A stretch of 64,000 nt of DNA, taken from assembly GCF_009914755.1 (NCBI RefSeq), contig NC_060937.1; one strand, written 5' to 3'. Of this stretch, positions 52,995 to 64,000 are shown piece after piece (positions within the stretch are counted from its first letter, which is position 1; each line of letters starts with the position of its first letter). The position numbers and the translations under genes were made by a program. The notes under the pieces were generated by a model. That model searched no databases, was not told the DNA's origin, and saw nothing but the letters and a program-made list of their open reading frames with translations. The DNA comes from the human T2T-CHM13v2.0 reference genome, Homo sapiens.

Positions 52995-53220
52995 AGCATA
53001 GTGCTTAATTAACACCAGAGCTTTGGAATCAGACCGTCCTCCATTTGAACAGCAACTTTGGTGCTTGGACGTGTCATTGAACCTCACTGCAATTCAGTTT
53101 TCTTCACTGTAAAATGTGGATAATAAAGTATGTCATAAAATTATTAAAGTAAATAAAATGTTATATATAAAGCAGTCAGAAAATTCCTTGGGACACAGAA
53201 AACAACCAACAAATGAATGG
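52995..53220 (+). mobile_element. MIR
   Basis: 'gcatagtgcttaa...gctttggaatcagac...cagttttcttcactgtaaaatgtggataataa'. Confidence 0.75.
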
Positions 53221-56094
53221 CCACTTTTACATTGTCCCAGATCAAAAGGTACAAAGCCGTTTTAATGATTAAATTCTGAACTGCTCCATTTTCTCATATT
53301 TTAATATCCCAAGGCCCCTAAAGACATAGTTTCAGCTTATGCAATTTAACATGGATATTGGTATAATCCCAATAGCTTGGACCCATATTGGAAATGCTGT
53401 TCTACTCCATCACATGTGTGCATCATCAGCTTGCATGTATTGGTTAAACATTTGACTTCATTATTGTACATTCACACTGTAGTTCACAATGCTCCTAATG
53501 TGTGGGTGCACATACCACCCAGAAAAGCACAGAAAACCACCCACAATGATGTGAAGAGACCTAAAGCAAAATGTCAACATCTGATTAAAATAACTTCACT
53601 CTTCCTTTGAACAATGCATCTCCAAGGGGATTGATTTATAGCATTATTTCTCATGCCATCTTTAAGAACAAGGTGAAATAAAATAACTGAAACACAGTAT
53701 AATGAACACAAGCTACATGAAACGCACAATGAAGGATTTTAGGGTTCAAATGCATTTTTCATACATAATTGGTGGACAAGAGAATCATAAAAGTTTCGAA
53801 TTGGTAGTATAGCATCCTTACAATATAAATGAGAAAAGTGAGGCGATCCACTGAGTTTATGTGAAGAGAATGGGCATTAAGAAAATCCTTCCCCATGGAA
53901 GGGAAAAACTTCCACAGAGTAAATTCCCCATAGCAGAGACAGACAGGCAGCTTAATGGAATAGAAAGGGCACAGAAATAGCAATCAGCGCAGCACCCAAC
54001 ACAATAAATATTTGTGCAAGAACTGAATTAAGGGTATGATGACCTGAATTCTGGTTGTGGCTCTGCCCAAATTCTCCTTGAATAAGTAACTTTACTTCTT
54101 GGTGTCCTTTTTCTCCTCTTTGTACTAAACGGCAGAGTCAGTAGGGTTAAGAGCATGTTAAGTGACTGATTGTAATTTGTAGAGATAGGAAAAGATGGGA
54201 AACTTTTTAAAGTTTTTTTAAAGACTCCCAGAGCTGTGGTAGGACAGTGGATCCTAAAGATCACATTCTATTTCAATAAATAGAAAAATTAAAACATTTG
54301 AAAAAAGAGTAAGTATGAAAAAGAGTTGACTGTCCATTTCCCCAAAGAAAATGCATAAATGATGCAGTAGAAGTAAAACACTCATTATTCTGAGATGCCA
54401 TTGTATGTTAATATTTTAAAAATATATCTTAAATCTAAAATCACATTTTTAATCATCAGAGATTTTATTAACTCTGTGTGTGTATGAAACATTAATGAGA
54501 ATCCAAAAATGCAAGAGTGAGGATCCCTTCTGCCATGTTTGTAAAACTAGGAAAATTCCATTTTCCCAGAATTTAAGGCTGCAACCCATGATTTCTCCAG
54601 AAAGAGCTTTACCAACATTTTTTTTTATAAATTCAACTTCTGTGCATCATGTCCTCAAATACATCATCCACAGATGATGACTAACTCACAGCAGACCTGT
54701 CTCCTCTCAAGTGCTGGTTGAAATGTTACCATCCTTCTTGACAGGTCTAAGTATGTCAGTTATTAATAATAATTTTTACTTATAAGTTTCTTAACACTTA
54801 TAAAAGAAGACCCCCCAAAAGCTTTGCAAGTTAGACAGCTCTAGTTTGCATATATATTTTAAGCATCAGTGAAAAGACATGATAAGTGATACTTCTCAAT
54901 AAATAGCTCAGTTACAAACAAATCAGAACTAAGACCAGAAGTCCCATTTTTTATTCCTTGATGTGACTGTCCCATAATTCTTCTAGCTAACTAATGAGAA
55001 TTAACTTAAAGGAGATCACAACATAGAACTCCTATGAAGATATTTCTATATGCGGTATTTCTAGAAACATTACAAATTCTATGTGTTAAGCTATGTAAAA
55101 TTTGGGAACTAGATTATCATACTGCACTAAGTAAATCTTGGGATATCCAACATGCCACCCACGGGCCATATGAAACTTCCAAAATTGAAAAGCCTCTTGA
55201 TTATATATATGTAATTCATGCCAAAAAGTAAAACTTCCCTTCTACCTTAACCCAACGTGGCTCTCACATATGCGAAGTGTTCATTGTTTGAAAACACATC
55301 AAATGTCCATGATTTATAACTAGAAAATCAGTGTGTGTCTGTGAGAATATGAGTCATAGATCTGCAAGCAAGGTAGGAAGGTCTTTATTCCAAATAAAAG
55401 AAAGCTGGCCCATAAAACAGTCTAGCCCAGGGTCAACTTGTTATTTGAAGATCAAGCAAGATTTAAAGCTTATGTCATTGGTTCTAAACTGAGTCCCCTG
55501 CTATACCGTTTCCTATGGACTCACTGAAGAGTCAAAACCATGGATGTTACGCAAGAAGAGGCCCCTGGGCTTTCGGTAAAGTAGGAACACAAAGGCAATG
55601 TCAGAGATATTCAGCATGGTTCTTGTTTATGATTTCTTGTGTTCTGATGATGGAACATGTAAACAGCTGTCAACCAATTACCAAAAATACTGAACTCATT
55701 CAGAAAGGACGTAAAGTGTCTAGGAGTGAATAAACAATGCTCACTCCAAACCAGCTGCTGCCACTTAGGGCCAACATTTGATCCAGGACAAAGAAAAAAG
55801 AGGTATTTGGTCATTTGTTATGGTAATCACCAGCGTGTAAAGGGCTCTTCCCATCAGAGAAATCACCCAACAGCCACCACAGGATGTTTCTTATTTTGAC
55901 GACTGAAGGGTGCATGCTGGGTCTGGAGGAGGGAGCCATTGATTTATTTTCACCACTTTTCCCTGGCTGACAGCAATCTAAAAGAGAAGGAACAAGCCAG
56001 ATCACTCATCTGCCTGCTTGGCATGCCTGGTAGTCATGGGAGCCCATATAGAGGCCATCTGTTCAGGTCCCAGTCTCTCCAAACATGCACAGAA

Positions 56095-56340
56095 AGATGA
56101 CGTCAAAAGGGGTGTGCTTCAGCCCCATTAATGAGCCACCCAAAGTAAACCGGAAGACTCAGCCTGAGTAGCCCACCCATTTATCTCCTCTGTTAGCAGC
56201 CAAGTTCAATCAAGTCATGGATTGGGGCAGGCACAATTATTTTTAAGTTTATTTCCCTAGGCAAATGTTAAGTTGATTTGAACATCTGTGGTTTAGTCCT
56301 ATCTGATAGACATATAGGTGGGTAGATTCCGTGAGTCAAG
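56095..56340. promoter_or_regulatory. Candidate enhancer: full CRE, ETS and AP-1 sites
   Basis: TGACGTCA 56098-56105; GTAAACCGGAAG 56145-56156; TGAGTCA 56332-56338. Confidence 0.45.
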
Positions 56341-57678
56341 AAAAATGCACGTTGCTTACAACCTACTAAATGAAACCCACCTCAGAAGACATGATGTTCA
56401 GCATTAGCCTGATGGTTTGGTAGTGCACCTTCAAACTCAGCTTTCAAATGCCCCTAAATTACTGCAGCCAGAAAAATTCTCTGCAGCAAGCCATGCAGAT
56501 GATGGCCACTCTTCAGAAACAGCAGTGTCATGTAGCTCTACTCAGTGAAATAAAACAAATGAGATGTTCTCTTTTGCCTCAAGATGATCCTCCCATTGCA
56601 CCAAGATTTATGATCTATTACAAAGAAATGCCAATCACTACAGATTAGTTGGGATAAAAAAAGTGTTCGTATAAGGCTTCTGTGATCAGAATTCTAACTT
56701 CATGTTATATGCACAGTATTTATGAACTCAAATAGAAATAATTTGGCTTTCTAAGATGTTTTGAATTTTTGCTTTTTGTACCCTAAAACGTGTCTTGCAT
56801 TTTTAGTTATCCTTGAGATGATCATGTGAAGGATGTCCTAGATTTTTCAAAATAACCCATTATGATAACAAGAGAACTTCTGGGATCTAGGACCATTTCA
56901 GCAGTTATGTTGGTAGAGGCACCCCTCCATCCTCAAGAAAGGACCTGTTTTCAATCCACAGTAAGACCCCAAGTGACCAAGCAGACCGTCACTGACTAGA
57001 AGCCACATCTTAGAGTCATTGTCACATCTTCTGCTTTTTTCCCGTCTATACCCTCTTCCATCAAACCCTACTTTCCTATAATTGCATATCCATATTCCTT
57101 CAGGGCCCTCCCTGTGTCTCTGTACGATGAAGGTAGCTCATGGTGACTTGTTAATACATCACATCTCAGTTTATATCTCTGCATTCCAAGCTAGACTCCC
57201 TGTTTTACTTGGCCCAATCTCTGAAGCTACTGGAAAGAGAGACAACAACATCTTCACCAATGCACAAACATGCCACACTAGCCTTCATTTCATTATTCTT
57301 TGATCATTTCAATACTATTATTTTGTTTGGTCTTTCCTGCTGAAACCCCTGTTAGATTTTGGACCTCATGGATTTTCTAAATTATCTCTAATTGCTATCT
57401 ATGCATCTACATCTATGCACTGGCCTATTCCATAAATAACCATAAGGGTTCTCAATAAGAGTAGTCTTTTGTTAAGATTAAGTAATTTTAGCAGACACAA
57501 CCCAAACCCCATTCCACCAAGAAATAAAATATAGTGAAAACACTTCACAGAAAAGAGGAAAGAAAAGCCCGAATGCCTATGAAAGAAAGAGACCAAGAAG
57601 GTGCACTCCATTTTACCCTGAAGAACCCACAAAAAGCCTAGGAGTTGGAAGTACCAGATACAATGCAAGGGAGGAGTA

Positions 57679-60062
57679 CAGGCATGACTCATTTGACTGT
57701 GCCTCTCTTTAATGCGCTTCACGGATGCTGTGCTTTGTTACAAATTGAAGGTTTGTGGACTCTGTGTTGCACCAGTCTATCAGTGCCATTTTTCCAAGAC
57801 ACCCTGTGTCTCTGTGTCACATTCCAGTAATTCTTGCAATATTTCAAACTTTTCATTATTGTTATATCTGTTATAGTAATTTGTAGCCAGTGATCTTTGA
57901 TGTTACTATTGTAATTGTTTTGGGGTGCCCCAAACTGTGCCCATGTAAGACCGTGAACTTCATTGATAAATGTGATAGGTTCTGACTGCTCCAGCAATTG
58001 GCTGTTCCCCCATCTCTTTCCCTCTCCCCAGCCCTCTCTATTCCCTGAAACACAAGAATATTGAGATGAGGCCAATTAAGAACCCTACATGGCCTCTAAG
58101 TGTTCAAGTAAAAAGAAGAGCTGCATGTCTCTCGCTTTAAATAAAAAGCTAGAAATGATTAAGCTTAGTGAGGAAGGTAGGTTGAAAGCCAAGATGGCTG
58201 AAGCTAGTCCTCTTGCACCAGTTTGCCAAGTGTAAATGTGAAGGAAAAGTTCTTAAAGGAAATTAAAAGTGCTACTCCAGCGAACACATGAATGATAAGA
58301 AAGTGAGACCGCCTTATTGCTGGTATGGAGAAAGTTTTAGTGGTCTGGAGAGAAGATCAAACCAGTCACAACATTCCCGTAAGCCAAAGCCTAATCCAGG
58401 GCAAGGTCCTAACTCTCTTCAGTTCTATTAAGTCTGAGAGAGGTGAAGAAGCCACAGAATTAAAAATGGAAGCTAAAAGAGGTTGATTCATAAGGTTTAG
58501 GGAAAAAAAAGCCATCTCTCTAGCATCCAAGTGCAACGTGAAACAGCAAGTGCTGATGCAGAAGCTGTAGCAAGTTATCCAGGAGATCTAGCTAAGATCA
58601 TTGATGAACGTGTCTACACTAAACAACAGATTTTTAATGTATATGAAACAGCCAGCTATTGGAAGGAAATGCCATCTAGGACTTTCATAGTGAGAGAAGA
58701 TAAGTCAATGCCTGGCTTCAAAGCTTCAAACTCAGCCAAGAGGGGCTGACTCTGTTGTTAGGGACTAATGCAGCTGGCGATATGAAGTTGAAGCCAATAC
58801 TAATTCATCATTCTGAAAATCCTAGAGCCCTCAAGAATTATGTACCTGTCCTCTATAAATAGAACAATAAAGCCTGAATGACAGCAAAACTGTTTATAGC
58901 ACAGTTTACTGAATATTTTAAACTCCCTGTTAAGACCTACTGTTCAGAACAAAAGCTTCCTTTCAAAATACTACTGCTCATTGACAATGCACCTAGTCAC
59001 TCAAAAGCCTTGATGGAGATTGTACAGGAGATTAATGTTGTTTTCATGCCTGTTAACACAACATGCATTCTGCAGCCCATCAGTCAGGGAATCATTTCAA
59101 ATTTGAAGTCTTATCCTTTAAGACCTACATTTTGTAAAGCTATTGCCACCATAGATAGTAATTCCTCTGATGGGCCTGTGTAAAATACATTAAAAACATC
59201 TGGAAAGGATCCACTGTTCCAGATGTCATTAAGAATATGCCTGATTCATGGGAGGAAGTCAAGATGTCCACATTAACTGCAATTTGGAAGAAGTTGGTTC
59301 CAATCCTTATGGATGACTTTGAGGGGTTCAGAACTTCAGTGAAGGAAGTAACTACTGATTGGGTTGAAAAAGCAAGAGAATTAGAATTAGAAGTGGAGCC
59401 TGAAAATGTGACTGAATTGTTACAATCTCATGATAAAACTTGAACAAATGAGAAAGCATTTCTTATGGATGAGCAAAGAAAGTGTTTTTTTGAGATGGAA
59501 TCTACTCCTGATGGAAGATGCTGTGAGTGTTGTTGAAACAACAATACAGAATGTAGCATATCCCATAAACTTACTTGATAAAGCAGAAGAAGGGTTTGAG
59601 AGAATTGAGTCAAATTCTGAAAGTTCTATGGTGGGTAAAATACTATCAAACAGCATCATGTGCTACAGAGAAATTTCTAGTGAAAGGAAGAGTCCATTGA
59701 TGAAGCAAACTTTATTGTTGTCTTATTTTAAGAAATTGCCACAGCCACCCCAAACTTGAGCAACGACCACCCTGACCAGTCAGCAGCCATCAACATAAAG
59801 GCGAGACTCTCCACCAGCAAAAAGATTACGGCTCATGGTAGGCTCAGATGATTGTCGGCATTTTTTTTAACTAATAAAGTATTTTTAAATTAATATGTGT
59901 ACATTGCTTTTTTAGACAAAATGCTTTTGCGCATTTGACTGAATACAGTATAGTGTATATATAACTCTTATGTGCACTGGAAAACCAAAAAATTCACATG
60001 ACTCACTTTATTTCTACATTTAATTTACTGTGCTCGTCTGCAATATCTCCAAGGTATGCCTG
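57679..60062 (+). mobile_element. Tigger1 (Tc1/mariner-pogo) DNA transposon, near full length (2384 bp)
   Basis: Begins TA|CAGGCATGACTC and ends GAGG-like 'aaggtatgcctg'|TA (TIR remnants, TA TSD at 57677-78 and 60063-64); internal sequence follows recalled Tigger1 consensus. Confidence 0.97.
58088..59760 (+). pseudogene. Decayed Tigger1 transposase (CENP-B-type HTH + DDE) and downstream ORF remnants
   Basis: Fragments '[22 protein letters not shown]', '[12 protein letters not shown]...[20 protein letters not shown]' and 'SWEEVKMSTLTAIWKKL', separated by stops and frameshifts. Confidence 0.9.
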
Positions 60063-60754
60063 TACATTCAAGGGAAAGGGTTGAAAAACATGGTAATATT
60101 TTGTCTGGTTTTTTTTTTCTTGTTGTTTTTTCAAAATCAGATGACATATGCATACAAGGGAATATTTTGAAAGTCTCCATAAGGAACATTTAATTTCTTG
60201 CATCCCTACTTCCAACACAATCTATTACATGATTACCCATTGTTCCTTCCCTCAGGAATGTTGAGAAATATTAGGTGGAGAAATTGAGTCTGAGATTCTT
60301 AGGAACATTGGAGGGTGACAGTGAGAAACACTGACATCCATGCCCCCCCTTCTGCCCAGCTTAGGATGTAAACAGTTAAGTTTCTGCTTCCTTAAAAGGA
60401 GACTGGAGAATCCTGCTCTGGAGAGAGTGGGGGAAAATGTGGACATACTGACTGACATTTGGGGACCCCCAACCAAAAATGATCTGGCTGGTTATAGAAA
60501 AGCTGATCAATGAACTAATGTAACTTTCTCACAAAGCTTCCCATCCATGTTTAATGAACATAAGTAGAAAAACAAAGATTACCACGTTTGAGAAAGCCTC
60601 CAATTTAAAATAGAGAATAAAATAGGAAACAAAAGTGAGAAACAAAACTGAAAAATTCAAATAATCTATCATTGATATCATCAAAGATGTGATGTTGTGC
60701 CCATGAATTAAAAACAAGATATCATAAAAAGGAATAACAAAAAAATAAGAAAAG

Positions 60755-61042
60755 GGCCAGGTGCCATGGCTTATGCCTGTAATCCCAACACTTTGGGAGG
60801 CTGAGGCGGGTGGATTACTTGAGACTAGGAGCTCGAGACCAGCCTAGCCAACATGGTGAAACCCCGTCTTTAAAATACAAAAAATTAGCCAGGCATGGTG
60901 GTGCGCACCTGTAATCCCAGATACTCGGGAGTCTGAGGCAGCAGAATCCCTTGAACCCGGGAGGTGGAGGCTGCAGTCAGCCAAATTGTGCTACTGCTCT
61001 CCAGCCTGGGCAACAGAGTAAGACTCTGTCTCAAAAAAAAAA
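60755..61042 (+). mobile_element. AluS (AluSz/Sx-like), full length
   Basis: ggccaggtg...gagactctgtctc-type dimer with A tail; aagaaaag on both flanks. Confidence 0.95.
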
Positions 61043-61137
61043 AAAAAGAAAGAAAAGAAAAGTTCCCTGAAAATAAAAATATAAATATGTAATTTTTTAA
61101 TCCAATAAGGGGATTAGAAGATTAAAAACAAGGAATT

Positions 61138-61282
61138 CTTGAGGGTGTGAACACCCCGTTTTCCATGATGTGCAAATTTCACACCGCATGCCTGTATCAG
61201 AACATCTCACGTACCCCATAAATATATATACCTACTATTTAAACACAAAAATTGAAAATAAAAAAATGTAAAAATTAAAAAA
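61138..61282 (+). mobile_element. L1MA1/2-like 3' end
   Basis: 'ccccgttttccatgatgtg...gcatgcctgtatcagaacatctcacgtaccccataaatatatatacctacta'. Confidence 0.85.
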
Positions 61283-62456
61283 GATAGATTCAAGGAAATT
61301 TGTTCCAAAAAAGAATAAAAAGACAAAGGACTCATAAACAAACAAACATAAAGAAATTATTTAGAAAAGCCATGAGTTCCAAAATCTTACAGGAGTTTCA
61401 GTAGAAAAGACCAAACAAAAGAATTTGTATGGAAATGATCAAAGACATAATTTTAAAAACAAAATTTTATAACTGAAAGATGTAAATCTCTAAAATTGAA
61501 AATGTCTAACAAAATCAGTAAAAATCTACATCATATGCTTAAAAATTCCAAGGGGTGAGGTGAGAGCAAAGGTCCCATACAAAGGATTTTTTTAAGTGGC
61601 ATCATAGTTCTCAACATTATTGAAAGTTAGAATCGAATGCAGTGATATCCTCAAAATTCCAAGGAAAAACAATTTTCATTCTATAAGTCTGCACCTAGCA
61701 AAATTATCAATCCAAAAGGAGGATAGAAAAAGACATTTTTAGACATGTAATATCACATATTATTTTCCTTTATCAAGAAGTCATCATGGTGAGAGATAAT
61801 AGGAAATCCAAGAGATAGAAGGTCCCACATAAAAAGGGTTAAAGAAGTTTGAACAATGATAGCATGGGCTACGTAAACTCACAGTAAAAAAGAATAAAAA
61901 AGGACCACACCATCTAAAGTGAGTTAAGCACTCACCACAATTCATTTTCCATTTTCCATTTTTACTAGCTTGCTAGGAGGCAACTGGAGGCAAAATTGAG
62001 GTTAACGACACACGGAATAAGAAAGGAGCCTACTAGTGTTTGGATAAGAGATTAACAGAATTTCAAAGGCACTTGGACTTGTTTAGTTTATTTTTGAAAA
62101 GAAAGAAAAAAAACACAGTAATTAGTATCTTCAGATTCCTACTAGACTAATGGAAACGCAACCAAATTCAGCTCATTTACAATTCTGTCTAGTAGTGCCC
62201 AGCCCTGAATTTCTTTCCAGTTGCAATGTTTTCAGATTCAAATTGCCCATCCCCACATCTTTTGCCATTTTGGCGAATCCCTTAGAGGGGAGCCATGTAG
62301 TTTAGAATCAGAAGCAATTGCGTTTCACATCAAAAAATATTTTTATTTCAGAGAAACTAAGACAGAAAAGCATAGCCATAATAATCTTGCTTCTCTTTTG
62401 AGTTACATCTAGGATTGCTAGCTATTCTTTGCCCGCACATCCTTGCCACAGTACAA

Positions 62457-62484
62457 ACACATACACACACACACACACACACAC
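62457..62484. repeat. (AC)n microsatellite
   Basis: acacatacacacacacacacacacacac. Confidence 0.9.
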
Positions 62485-63399
62485 GCCAAAAAAAGAGTGT
62501 TCATCAGTTCCAGAAGGTTCACAAAATATACAAGCCTTTTACCCTAAAACCTTGTGATACATCCCAAAATATCTTTTACCATCAGAGATTAGCTCATCAG
62601 TCCTTTTGTCTAACTATCATATTTCCTGATTCTGAAACAATAGCTCACAACTAGAATGACCTTTAAATATGAAAAGAAATAGAGAAAGTGTCCAACAAAC
62701 AAAACTTAAAATCTATATGTGGATCAAGAAGGCAGTCATAAAATGCAAAGGGCTTCTTATTACAGTAGCTAAAGGCAAGGTAATCAGTTAAATTACCATG
62801 ATGAATGTACTTTCGTGGGCTTTCAGAGTTTGTAATAAAATGGCAATCAGATTTACCCAAGAAAGCAAGAATATCCCATGCATGTGTAATAGTTTACTCA
62901 ATCAAGAAGGATTTGCTAATCAGCTACTATCTGCTCATCACTGAATTTGATGCTGAGATTTTTATTAAGTAAAATATGTGCTATTACACTTGTTGCCGGT
63001 GTAATTATGGTAAGAAAACTAAATATGTGTTAAATAGAAATGGAGTAAGGTAGAATAACCAATGAGAAGCTTCAAGGAGGAGGTGCCACTTTCACTGTAC
63101 CTTCAGGGCAAAATTAACAAAAGTAAAAGGGGGGAAAAAAGACTCCCCTAGCCTGGGAAAAAACCCAACTTTTGTTTCTGACAATTTTATAACAAAAAAA
63201 AGAAGTAGGATGGGATTTAATCCAGAATAAAAGTGAATAGCTTTACAGAGTAGAGAAAATGCTTTTATATGAGACTAGAGAAGAGTAAGAGGACAATTAT
63301 TTATGCAAATAAAAAAGAAAGAAAAATCATTCCATTATGAGGAGACAAATTTGTTTTGGGTTCCTGCTTCATTCCAAATAACAGAAAGTACATATACAA

Positions 63400-63535
63400 T
63401 ATCCATCATCCATTCATCTACCCATTCATTCATTCAGCAGACACTTCATAGTGCAGATTGTGTGTTGAAGACAATAGCAGGCTTTGAAGAATACAAAAAA
63501 CATATAGTTCCTTCCCTGAAAGTGCTGCTGATGTA
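63400..63535 (-). mobile_element. L2 3' end
   Basis: 'cattcattcattcagcagacactt...catagttccttccctgaaagtgct'. Confidence 0.65.
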
Positions 63536-64000
63536 TAATTAAAGGCTGTTCTTTTCCCCTTCCCCAACCTACCTACCATCCCTATTGTGAGCTCAAAGCA
63601 GGAAGGCTGACAAAGCTGTTATTTGAAATATTTGTATGATTGAGAAGGCGACCACCTTTCAAGGTTTCCAAGACACGGCATTTTTCAAGAACTGTTTATG
63701 TCCTTCTTCCTATGAATAAGACAGAAAGCTGACATACAGCTATGGTATTACTCTTCTTTTTACTTGAAATTGCAAAATGATTAAAGCCATCAAGCAACAA
63801 TAGTTGACCTACTGAGGGAAAATACCAGATAGGTGCCCTGGAGAGATTGATGAGTGAATATATTTAGAAAGGATTCCCAAGACTATTTGCATTTGTCTCT
63901 GAGACTGCTTTCTCTCCTTTGCCTCTGTGGTTAGCTTCTCCATAGCTCCATGTTGTCATCCAAACTGAACCTACTTGATATGGAGCCTCCTAAGCTACAG

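Larger units (their letters stand above)
60480..61850 (+). mobile_element. Very old L1/HAL1 ORF1-like remnant hosting the nested Alu and L1MA
   Basis: A-rich 'acaggagtttcagtagaaaaga', 'cctcaaaattccaaggaaaaacaattttcattctataagtctgcacctagcaaaattatcaat'; bounds approximate. Confidence 0.6.

Noticed and set aside
53930-53951. ATAGCAGAGACAGACAGGCAGC matches miR-214-3p at 18/22 positions (from recalled sequence)
   Set aside because: No complementary 5p arm or pre-miRNA hairpin nearby, and mismatches fall in the seed; treated as coincidence

Overview
AT-rich, CpG-depleted primate (human-like) genomic DNA. I found no recognisable protein-coding exon, RNA gene or CpG island, and no gene symbol can be supported. 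The listed ORFs are repeat-derived or chance frames, except the broken transposase pieces at 58.5-59.4 kb. These belong to a near-full-length Tigger1 DNA transposon (57679-60062, TA target-site duplications). The rest is five Alus, several L1 3' ends and old L1 remnants, five MaLR solo LTRs, MER58B, many L2/MIR fragments and microsatellites. Strand biases (A-tracts, (CA)n tracts, L1 orientation, strong splice acceptors) suggest an intron of a gene transcribed on the minus strand. Best leads: a short poly(A)-tailed, TSD-flanked insertion of non-repeat sequence (14.2-14.3 kb); a head-to-head double ARE/MARE (14.0 kb); a 45-nt minus-strand cryptic exon bracketed by UG repeats (23.65 kb); two perfect tandem duplications (16.3 and 17.5 kb); and a 201-bp pure-purine tract containing (GGAA)15. 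I see no evidence of a new multi-gene biological system. Repeat subfamily names come from recalled consensus sequences, and boundaries of old repeats are approximate.
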